A DNA stretch of 64,000 nucleotides from Glaucostegus cemiculus. Its lineage: Eukaryota. Below the pieces are notes generated by a model. It saw only the letters and a list, made by a program, of their open reading frames with translations, searched no databases and was not told where the DNA came from. Location: positions 8,618,001 to 8,682,000 of the forward strand of contig CDPCPM010000180.1 in assembly GCA_976551045.1 (NCBI GenBank), read 5' to 3'. Of this stretch, positions 49,308-59,640 are shown in pieces (positions within the stretch are counted from its first letter, which is position 1; each line of letters begins with the position of its first letter). Both the position numbers and the translations under genes were made by a program.

Positions 49308-50267
49308 TCATCAACCAACCAAGCATACCGTGCTGCCAGGATATTTGCCCCCCCACCGGTTGGGGTGTAACCAGTCCTCGCTGTACAGGTTCCACCTTCC
49401 CCAGAAGAGATCCCAATTACCCAAAAATCGAAATCCCTCTACACTGCACCACTCTCTCAGCCACGTATTTAACTGCCACCTCTCCCTGTTCCTAACTTTC
49501 CTATCACGTGGCACCGGGGGTAATCCAGAGATTACTACCCTTGAGGTCCTGGTCTTCAGCTTTCTGCCTAGCTCCCTGAACTCCCTTTGCAGGACCTCAT
49601 CCCTCTTTCTACCTATGTCGTTGGTACCAACATGAACCACGACTACTGGCTGCTCTCCCTCCTGCTTGAGAATCCTGGGAACCCGATCAGTAATATCCTG
49701 GACCCTGGCACCAGGGAGGCAACATACCCGGTATTCATGATCACTTCCACAGAATCTCCTATCTGTTTCCCTGACTATCGAGTCTCCTATCACCACTGCA
49801 TTACTCTTCACCTTCTTCCCCATCTGAGCAGTAGTACTGGTCATGGTGCCAGTGACCTGGGTACTAGTGCTTGGTCCCTGCAGGCTATCCCCCTCTACAG
49901 TTTCCAAAGTTGAAAACCTGTTACTGAGGGGAACAGCCCCCGGGGTGTCCTGCTCTACCCGCCTGTCTGCCTTCTTCTTCCTCTTCTCTCCCCTGACAGT
50001 CACCATTCTGTCTGATACCTGAGCTACAGTAGAACCTGCTCTAAGGGGGGTGACTGTCTCCTGATGAACTGTATCTACATAGCTCTCTCCCTCCCGTATG
50101 CTGCGCAGTGTCTGCAGCTGCGACTCCAGCTCAACAACTCTGAGCCGAAGTTCCTCCAGCCACACACACTTGCTGCAGATGTAGTCAGTGTGGACCGCAG
50201 TACGGTTCACGACCTCCCACGTCAAGCAGCTGCAGCATACGAGCCTGTCCTCCCCCTGACTGTCCAT
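49295..50267 (-). CDS. CR1 ORF1: Cys-rich zinc finger/leucine zipper + SGNH esterase domain (one extra G near the C-terminus)
   Basis: ATG at 50267; CCSC...CSKC, LEELRLRVVELESQL, GDSIVR, VHVGTNDIG, DWLHPN. As assembled it stops at 49311; removing one G from the G7 run (49348-49354) restores WGANILAARYAWLVDECLN* ending at 49295. Confidence 0.88.
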
Positions 50268-51169
50268 CTTTGACCTGGCTAAATCGGACCCACAAACTGT
50301 AATAGGCGACAAAGAAACCTTACCTCCGTCTACTTACCAGATACTTACTTACTCGCCTTGCCCCTTCTCGCCGAAACCCCTTGAGCCTAAGCCCAGGTCA
50401 CTCTGCTTCCTCTCACTCCGCTGCCCGCTCTGACGCTGCCCACTCTACAGGCCGGTTGCCTTTTTAAGCTGCCCGCGCCACGCCTGCGCAGACCAGCCCC
50501 CACTCAAGCACTTAAAAACTTTTACAACCCTACTCAATTACCTTAAATAAACACACTAACCCTAGTTAATTCTACCCCTAATGGAATCTAACCCTTACTC
50601 TTACGATCTAATAAAAAGGATAGAAAGAAAACACTTAACTGCCCTGAAGACCTCCGAAGCCTTCCGAAGTCCCCCAAGTCGAAACACTAATCCCCCGATT
50701 AGTTTTTTAAGGCAATGCTGTTTGAGGGATAAATGTGAGCTCGAGGACAGCAGGGACAATGCCTCTACTTTTCTTCAAAATAATGTCAATGTGTATTCTA
50801 TGCCAAATGGAAAGAGCAGACGACTGACGACCCCTGTGTTACTGTTGTTTAGGTTATGGAAATTTGCCATTACAGAATTCACCAGTCACTATCTAAAAAT
50901 GTGAGAAATGGAATAAAATTCACTATCATGGAATTTGTGTTAAAAAAGTAACTAAGTCAGCACAAAATTTATATCTTTTTTACCTTGCAGATGACGCAGC
51001 TCTGTATCATGCAAAATCGTGATTTGGCTCACTTTCTAGGAACACCCCCCCCTGTAATGTGAGGGTCTCCTGTACTGGCATTATATCCAGTGTATATTGC
51101 TCCAAAGAGGGTGCAGCAACAGATCTCAGCTGAAAAAATAAACGTATGGTATGGACATGTAACTTACAA

Positions 51170-52045
51170 ATGACCTCGACAGAGATAAATGTGAGATGAT
51201 GCATTTTGGCAACAAGAATGCAAAGGCTGCATTACCTTTGGCAAGTGAAAAGCTTAATGGCATAAAGAACCAGAAGGATGGTGCATTTTCACAAAATGGT
51301 AAAAGCAGCAATGCAGATTAACAAAATAAACTGCGCCGCCTTTGCACGTGGCCTCCCCCCCCCCCACCGCCAGGGTAGGTTGGTGCTCAGTTCAGCCAAC
51401 ATGCCCCTTGCCAAGGGCATAAAATAATCCATTGAAGTCCTCAATTTCATTTGCAGGAGAATAGAATTAAAAACAGAGAAGTAATACTAAGATTTATATA
51501 TTACTTTTGTTTGACCTCACTATTTCTTTCTTCATAGTTCTTTCTGCCAAATCACAAACATTATATGAAGATATTGGAGAAGGTACAAAGAAGATTTACA
51601 AGGATAATGTCATTTCTGAGAGGTTGTAGCTATCAGGCAACTCCAAATATGTTGAGGACCTTTTCTTGAGAAGAGAGAAGATGAGGGGTGTCCTGAGAGA
51701 GATTTTTCAAATCACGAGAAGATTTCATAAGGAAGGAAGAAACTATTTCCATTTGTGGCTGAGACGGGTCTATAAATATAAAATAGTCATTCATTAGTAC
51801 AATAGAATGTTCAGGAGAAATTTCTTTAAGCAGAGATTGTGGCAAATGGAATAGGGGACATGCTACTTTGACAAGATGTGGAGTCAAATAGTATGATTAC
51901 ATTTCAGAAGCTAGTTAAATACACAGGAGAGAGGGATCACATGTTATGATGAGAGGATTTGATTAAGTAAGGTGCAAAAGGTTCATGCAGAGCATAAGTA
52001 GTGACCTTAACTATTTGGGCCATTCCTGTACCACAAATTCTATTC
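51170..52045 (+). mobile_element. Old, decayed CR1 3' portion
   Basis: ataaatgtgagatgatgcattttggc, ttggagaaggtacaaagaagatttacaaggataat, aggagaaatttctttaagcagaga. Confidence 0.7.
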
Positions 52046-52156
52046 AAAAGCTTGAAAGCCTCACAGCTTAATTAAACTGGTTATTCCAAGGATGATTATT
52101 TAAAACCATTCAGTTAGTCTGGAAGAAATAACGTGGGGAACTTGAGTTAGGTTTAC

Positions 52157-52399
52157 CTGTTTTGTTTCCATATGTTAGTGCATCCTGCAGTCGACAAGAA
52201 GTTGTTGTAGAAATTCTAGATGATCAGTCTATTCCAGGCTGAAACTCTCCATCCCCTCCAGAAACCACTGAGGATGGTGAAAATCCCGAACCTTTGATGC
52301 TTGCTCTAATGTTTTTCCAATTTAATTTAGCAGAAGTTCAACAACATTTCATTAAAAACTGTGTAGTGCAGTCTTCACCAGTTGTAGCTGGTAACAAAT
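52157..52399 (-). pseudogene. gad3: GAD pseudo-exon equivalent to GAD1 exon 5 (243 bp)
   Basis: cacag|LLPATTGEDCTTQFLMK(+1)[51 protein letters not shown](-1)DALTYGNKT-G|gtaaac versus [81 protein letters not shown]. Stops at 52322-52324 and 52229-52231. Confidence 0.95.
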
Positions 52400-52661
52400 C
52401 TGTGAACCAACCTCATGGGAATAATTATTTCGTTATGGTAAAATAACTAAAAAAAATCCATTTTACTCTTATCCAGAGTATTTTGTATTTTTAATTAAAA
52501 ATAAAGTCATTGTGTTATTTTTTAAGTTTCTCAAGTTGAAAATGAGAAAAGTGTCAGGTCTGGAGAGATGAACAGTGTATTTTTAGAATAGTGATTGATC
52601 TTACAATACCTTATTCTCCATTGAAGGAGAAAACTGATTTACATACCCCTAACAACAAGGA

Positions 52662-52912
52662 CTTTAGATTTTTAGATTTAGATTTTATTTACAGAGTGGT
52701 AACAGGCCCTTTCGGCCCAACGTGTACACGCCGCCCATTTTAAACCACCAAATTAACCTACCCGTATGTCTTTCAGAATGTGGGAGGAAACCGTAGCACC
52801 CAGAGGAAACCCACGCAGACACGGGAGAACGTACAAACTCCTTGCAGTCAGCAACAGGAATCAAACCCCGATCGTTGGCACTGTAACAGTGTCGTGCTAA
52901 CCGCTACGCTAT
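52662..52912 (-). mobile_element. V-SINE (young), CR1-type tail
   Basis: Same family as 19922-20174, with tttaga repeats in the tail. Confidence 0.88.
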
Positions 52913-53239
52913 CAATCCAAAAGCAATATACAGTGGATACTGGAAACCTGTATTATGGCTACATTATGGCTAGGTGAGAGACAGGAACAAAATTGGGTAT
53001 TTTGAAGATCAGGTAAGTACAGATAGTTATCAAGAACAAATCTTGGATTGATGTGAATGAGTTGAACAGACTGGTACCATCTAGAGTCAACTCATGCATC
53101 AAATAACATGTGTGATAGAAACAATCCCACCAAACTCTGAACTGAGCATAAGCCACTGTGGATAAGTAACCAGTCACTGAGATGTGTATATGACAAACAA
53201 GAAGAAAATGTGGACACAAAGACTAATCATGCCAGGCTT

Positions 53240-54495
53240 CCTGTGACAGGGAGATTTGATAGAGGGGAATCTGTGGATGTAGTGTATTTAGATTTACAAA
53301 AGGTATTTGACAAGCTGCCACATAATGGGCTGGTGCATAAGTTAAGAGCCCAAGGTATTGGAGAAAGTATGTTAACATGGATTGAAAACTGGCTGTAATA
53401 TAGAAAGCAAAGGGTTGGAATAAATTGACCCTTTTCAGGCTGGAGGGATGTAATTAGTGGGCTACCCCAGGGATCGGTTCTTGGCCCACAATTATTTACT
53501 GTTTACATCAATGAACTGGTGAAGGGAATGGAATGTGAGATTTACAAGTTTGCTAATGATACAAAAATAAGTGGAAGGGCATGTTATGATGGGGACATTG
53601 TGATACTTAAATGAGATATAAATAGATTTAGTGAATGGGTGAAAATCTGGCAAATGGAGTTTAATGTGAGGAGATATGAGGTTATGCACTTCGGTAAGAG
53701 GAATCAAAAGGTGGATTATTACCTATAGGGAGAGAGACTGCAAATGACTGATCTGGGTGAACACCAGAAGGATCTAAGTGTTCCAGTGGATGGATCACTA
53801 AATTGTAGCAGATAGGTCCAGCAAGTGGTTAACAAGGCAAATGGCATGTTGACTTTTATTGCAAAGGGGGTGAAGTTTAAGAATAAGGAGTTTGTAATAA
53901 GAACAAGTTTTTCAGGGTGTTGGTGAGGCCATATCTGGAATACTGTATGCAGGTTTGGTACCCTTGTCTAAAAAAGGATATAATAGCATTACTTGCAGTC
54001 CAAAGGAGACTCATCACACTAATTCCTGAAATGAGGAAGTTATTCTATTAAGAGAAGTTAGATAGTCTGGGTCTGTATTCCTTTGAGTTCAGAAGAATGA
54101 AAGGTAGCTTCATTCAAAAATATAAGATTCTAAGGGGGCTTGACAGGCAAGATGTTGAGATGTTTTCACTGGTGGGAGAATCATGAACAAGGGGACAAGG
54201 TTACAAAATAAGGGAATGGTCTTTTAAAGTTCCGGTGCATACAGCTTCTTCTCCCAGAGGGTAGTGACTCACTGGAATTTTCTGCCCCGGAGACTGGTGG
54301 AATCTAGATCATAAGAAACATTTAAGATGGAGATAGATAAATATTTGAAAGATTGAGGAATTGGGGTTTACAGGGAACTGGTACAGAAGAGGAATTGAGG
54401 CCAGCATAGATCAGCCATGATCCTGTTGAATCACAAGGCAGGCTTCAGGGGTCAGGTGGTCCTCTCCTGCTCCAATTTTCTTCTGATCTTGTTCT
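53240..54495 (+). mobile_element. Degenerate CR1 RT and 3' end
   Basis: VDVVYLDLQKVFDKLPH, PQGSVLGP, KFAND, stops and frameshifts; 3' UTR gatcagccatgatc. Confidence 0.88.
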
Positions 54496-54906
54496 GGAGG
54501 ATAAGGGCAGAAGGGTGCTTGTCTTACAAGAATAAGACATCCAAAAACTTCGACATAAATTAATTACCACTTCAGCAATCATGTTGCTTAAGTTCCAGGA
54601 CAGATCGACATGTGTTTAAGTTGTTTGTTAAGATGATCTCTGTGAAAAATGACAGAGTAGAAATCTGACCTCTGTTGCATGTACTAAATATACAAGAGAG
54701 TAACAAGTTGACCTCCACACCACTGAAGCAGACTTTAAAAAACACACATGTCACTACACATTGTCTATAATGCATACAAGCAAGGACAGTCTTTATCCTA
54801 GTGTAACTGTGCCTTTCTGCCAAGACAAATACAGATTTATGAAACTAGTACCATATGGAGATGCAAAAGTCATCAACAATTCCCGCAGCATGACAGGGGT
54901 TCTTAC

Positions 54907-55011
54907 GTTTAGAATAAATCTGCTGACTCTCAGCTAATAAGGAATTTAATTTCTCCTTTCATTCTGTGGTCTTACATGTCTCCTGATAAGATTTGCTTTT
55001 AAAAAGCGAAT
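54907..55011 (-). pseudogene. gad3: Tentative GAD pseudo-exon equivalent to GAD1 exon 4 (105 bp)
   Basis: gacag|SLFKSKSYQETCKTTE*KEKLNSLLAESQQIYSK-C|gtaaga; the phase-1 donor joins exon 5 in frame and IYSK aligns with the LFAR that precedes DLLPA in GAD1. N-terminal similarity is otherwise weak. Confidence 0.45.
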
Positions 55012-55139
55012 CTGTCAGTGTGCCAAGGGGAGTTACAGTGTTGGTGAAATAAGGATCCCAATATAGTACCAGAAAAATAACTGTCAAACCTTTACAAGAA
55101 GGAACCACCCTCCAGAAAATAAAGTTGCAACCTGACTGA

Positions 55140-56560
55140 ATCATAGAATCACAGACAATGTACAGTTGTGAAGGAGGCCATTTGGCCTATCCAGAATGTG
55201 CTGATTGAAAAAGATTTACTCCCACCTTCCATCATTAGGTCCATAGCTCTGCAGGTTAAGTCTCTAAACACAGATTCAAACTCTGTTTAAGTGTGATCAG
55301 ATTTCTACCCTTAACCCCCCATTTTAGACGACAGAGTGTAAAACATTTTTCTCAACTACCCTTTAATGCTATACCTATGCAATAGCTTCTTCCCTCAAGC
55401 TATTAGAACTGTGAACTCCCTCATCCCTCCATCACTCCCGCTAACACTTAAGGATGCTAGGCGTACAGAAACGCACCAGCTCTTTAAATGCCCGCTGCCA
55501 GTACGCTCACTTTAAGATTTTTTATTTAAGTTGTATAATTTAATTTTGTGGTTCTAATGATTTTAGGGTCTTTCTGTCTTTGTGTCTCTCAGTGTTTGTT
55601 TCTCTCTTTTTTTAATGTGACGTACACCTTGACCTGTGGAGTACGGTATTTCGCTCCTATGCATACTGTATGTGTGTATGGTAGTGATAATAAAACTGAT
55701 TCTGATGTCCTTAAGGCTCTTAATTTTATATACCTCGGTTAAATCTCCCCTCAGCCTCTTCTGTTTCAGAGAAAACAATATTAGCCACAATTTTCCAGAG
55801 CCCTCATAAATCTCTTCTTTACTGTGTGAAATGCAATCACATCTTTCCTATAATGCAGTGACTGGAATTGCAATAAGTACTCAGTTGTTATATAGTTTTA
55901 GCCTAACTTCCCAGCTCTTGCATTCCATGCATTAACTAATTAAGGAAAGTATCGCGTGTGTCATTTTAGCCACCTTGTTGATCTGTCCTATTGCCTTTCA
56001 GGATCTGTAGACATGCTTTCCAAGATCCCTCTGTTCCTCCCACCTCTCAATATCTTTCTCTTTATTGTGAGTTCCCTGATTGTGAATTCCCTGGGCTTAT
56101 TGCATCTCCCCAAATCCATTACTTCACACATCTTTGATCTTCCAGTCCTGTTCCACAACTCCTTAGTCAGAGTAGACTGAAAAGAATGTGTCAGAGCCTC
56201 TGCAATTTTCTCCCTTCAGTCAGACCAGGATTGTTTCATCTGGACCTGATCATTTATTCATTTTCAAAGATGATAAATCTCTTAGTACTTCCTTTTTTAC
56301 TTTGGCTATCACGTCCAATGTTAGATACCTGTATTTGCTTACCTTAAACACGTTGTAATGCAACATTACAACATTGTACTGTTAAAATATTGTAACAATA
56401 ACATTGGTATTATTTCCCCCCTTTTCTGTAGTTACTAAATGTTCATTAAACATATATTCCACCTTTCCATGCTGGTTACCTTTTAGGTCTCTAATATGTC
56501 CTAATATTTCTTTAATTATCTTCTTGCCCTTAATGTACTAATTAAATGTCTTTGGACTTC
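55140..56560 (-). mobile_element. Old CR1 fragments (interrupted by a Rex1 3' end)
   Basis: LFSLKQKRLRGDLTEVYKI (55563-55790), tail gaatcatagaatca at ~55138-55150, and further decayed RT pieces. Confidence 0.65.
55379..55706 (+). mobile_element. 5'-truncated Rex1/Babar copy
   Basis: [18 protein letters not shown] matches the end of the 1008-aa ORF; ends gtgataataaaactgattctgat. Confidence 0.9.
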
Positions 56561-57064
56561 TTTTGGTCTTACATGTGGTTATTTTATTAAACCCTTTCTG
56601 CTTTCTTTGGGAGCACCTGTGTGTAAATAGGTCTTGTTGTACCACGGGCCATTGCTGTTACAGCTCATGTCCATTTCCCAGTTTCTGCATGGTAGTCAGT
56701 GTTCCAGAGTGGAGGGGAAACCTCATGGTAGCAAGGCCCCTTGTCCTAATAACAGTCACATGCACTGGTGTGAGGCTGAGTGGTAATCATGTAAATCTCC
56801 CAAAAAGTAAGAAAGACCCTCTTAGATGACACATCTGATTGTCTTACAAGCAGCAGGAAATTTTATCCTTTATGGACAGCTAACAGGTTGTGTGGCAGCT
56901 AAGTCAGACACTGGATGTCCAAGATCAAAATCAAAGTTAAGTTTATTGTCAAATGCACAAGTGCATGTGTGTACAGGTGCAATGAAAAACTTACTTGCAG
57001 AGGCATCATGGGTACATAGCATCAAATAAGCAGAATTCACAAGAAAAACTAAATTAAGACAGCG

Positions 57065-57625
57065 ACGCAGCATGGATTCAGGAAAGGCAGGTTCTGTTTG
57101 ACAAACCTACTGGAGCTCTATGAGGATATAGTAAGAGCAGTGGATAAAGTAGATTTGTAGAAGGCATTTGATAAGGTACCACATAAAAGACTTATCTGTA
57201 AGATAAGGATGCATGGAGTTGCGAGTAATGTTTCAGTATGGATAAAGTATTAGTTAACCAATAGAAGGCAGTGAGTTGGAATAAATGGGTGTTTCTTTGG
57301 TTGGCAATCAGTAGTGAGTGGGCAGTTGGGGGTGGGCCCACAACTGTTCACGATATACATTAACAGTTTGGAACAGAGGACAGAGTGTAGCATATCCAAG
57401 TTTGCTGGTGACACTAACCTGAGTGAAAAAGCAAATTGTGCAGAGGATGCGGAGAGTCTGCAGAGAGATATAGATAGGTAAGTGAGTGGGCAAGGGTCTG
57501 GTAGATGGAGTACAATGTTGGTAAATGCGAGGTCATCCACTTTGGAAGAAAAAATAGAAGACCAGATTGTTGTTTAAATGGTGAAAGATTACAGCATACT
57601 GTTGTGCAGGGGGACTTGGGAGGAT
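57065..57625 (+). mobile_element. CR1 RT fragment (degenerate)
   Basis: QHGFRKGRFCLTNLLELYE, KAFDKVPH, GPQLFTIYIN, SKFAGDT. Confidence 0.85.
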
Positions 57626-59029
57626 CGACATTGATCTAAGCCTGCCAACGTATGATGATCTGCTGCCTCCAGCCACAGGTTTCCTGGTTTCTGGTCCTGA
57701 TACACACTGCAGTTCAGATTGGCACATCATGAACAGAAGCTCTCTGTTGGCTGCAAAGTGCATAGGGATGTTCAGAAAGAGATATGTAAGGTGCTATAAA
57801 AATGCAAAACTTCCTTTTCTTCTAAGGTCTTAATTTCAATCACTGCGGTCTGATTTTAAAAGACTGGAAATGACATTTAGAATCTAGGCAAAACTATTGG
57901 GCTGCTGTTTAGAAAATTAGAATAAAACATATTTTTTTAAAAAGCACATCCTTATGGAGGTCTGTGTGTCTAAAGAAGAGGCTTAATATTCAGAGTCTCA
58001 TTGAAGGCCCACAATCAGCATCATTAGTGAAAAGTTAATATGGTGATTAACTGGACTTGGATGTTGGCTATTTTTATGTGTTGGACGAAAGTGTGGTGTG
58101 ATGCTTTTAAAGCCAGTGCAAATGATAAGAGAAATACAGTTTACACTGAATGCAATTCCTTCGGATTAACTCTACTAATTTCCGGTAAATTGTGCCAGTG
58201 AACCACACATGAGTGTAATTTTTGTGCCACTCTTCTGATAAGATAAATGTATTTTTGGCGAATTTATCATTAAAAGTAATGAACAGAAAATTAAAGAGAT
58301 TTTCTTTTACTGGGTATATACTGTTCCATACATGGGAACTGGTGTAAACATTAGCCCCACAGGCATGTTCTGCCCATCACTCTGATCACGGCTGATTTGT
58401 TATGTAATTTCATGTTCACACTTCTGTCCCTTATCGCTTAGTTCCATTGGTTAACAAACATCTATCAGTCTTATAAGTCACAATAGATCTGGCATAAATG
58501 GCCGCTTTTAGAGAAAACTTCAAATTTCTACTACTGTATGCAAATAGATGTTCTTCCTTATTTCATTTCTGAACGATCTGGCTTTAATTTTTTGATTGTG
58601 CCTTTAGACCAAGATTCACCAGCCAATGGAAATAGTTTCTCTGCTATTGGTTTTCCATAATGTTTTGAAACTTACAAACTAATAGGCCCATAACCTTTTA
58701 ACTTCCTAGGAATGCTACCCTAGTTTTGTTACAACTTTAAAAATTCATTTAGTAATGTAGCACATGGCTGACCCAAAGATGTCTAAGTACAATATCAAGA
58801 AAAAAATGTCCCAAAATAGAAGCTTGCTCTTCGATCTGGTAGTTATCAGATGCTGTAGTGCAAGGCATTAGGATCATTAAGCTCTTGAACCTTGTGAAGA
58901 ATATTGATTTAAGAATGAATCCACAACACCCCATTTAACTGCCAACTGGAAATTTACCATCTATGTTGAGAATGATATTAAATTCTTTAATTCAGTTCAC
59001 ATGAACTTTTTTAAAATGCATTTATTTTT

Positions 59030-59640
59030 CGAGGTCTGAACTTGCCTGGCAAGGTCTGCATTTATTGCCCATTCCTAGTATCCCTTGAGAAGATGGCGAG
59101 CTGCATTCTTGAAATGTTGCAGTCCTTCTGGTGAGGGTACACCCACACAGCTCCCATGCTGGGGAAGGAGTTCCAGCATTTAGACCCAGTGACCCAATAA
59201 AGGGCCGGCAATGTATTTCCAAATTATGATAGAGCGCACCAAGGAATCCTTGCAGGCTGTGGTGTTTCTATGCACCTGCTGCCTTTGTCCTTCTTGGTGG
59301 TAGAAGTCATGGGTTTGAAAGGTGTCTGTTGGAGGATTTTGGTTCAGCACCTGCAGTGGATTTTGTAGATATTAAATTCTTGCACTATAGCCACTGCATG
59401 CCAGGGGAGAGAGAATGAATGTTTAGGGTGGTTGACAGAATGTCAGTCACATGGGCTCGTCCTGGGTGGTGTCAGTCATCTTGAGTGTTGTTGAGTGTTG
59501 TTGGAGCTGCACTTATTCAGGCAGGCGGAGAGTATTCCATCATCCTCCTGACCTATGCCCCATATGGGCTCAGGTAGTGAGTCGGACATCACAGGATACC
59601 CACTTTCTGACCTGCTCTTGCAGCAGTGGTATTCATATGG
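59030..59640. mobile_element. Ancient interspersed repeat (LINE 3' end-like)
   Basis: ggcaaggtctgcatttattgcccattcctagtatcccttgagaagatgg...; related copies at ~1990-2350, 13645-13960 and 36415-36610. Confidence 0.55.

Larger units (their letters stand above)
46123..50698 (-). mobile_element. Full-length CR1 LINE (5' UTR, ORF1, ORF2, (TTCTATG)n tail)
   Basis: Two long ORFs and a heptamer tail at 46123-46143; the flanks (46095-46122 and 50700-50810) look like two halves of one DeuSINE-like repeat, which delimits the insertion. Confidence 0.93.
24565..55011 (-). pseudogene. gad3: Intron-containing glutamate decarboxylase pseudogene (GAD1-like, probably GAD3 paralog)
   Basis: Six collinear minus-strand exons match recalled human GAD1 exons 5, 7, 11, 12, 13 and 14 in sequence, phase and size, plus a tentative exon 4. 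They contain multiple stops, frameshifts and lost donors. GAD family membership is secure; the GAD3 assignment is inference. Confidence 0.88.
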
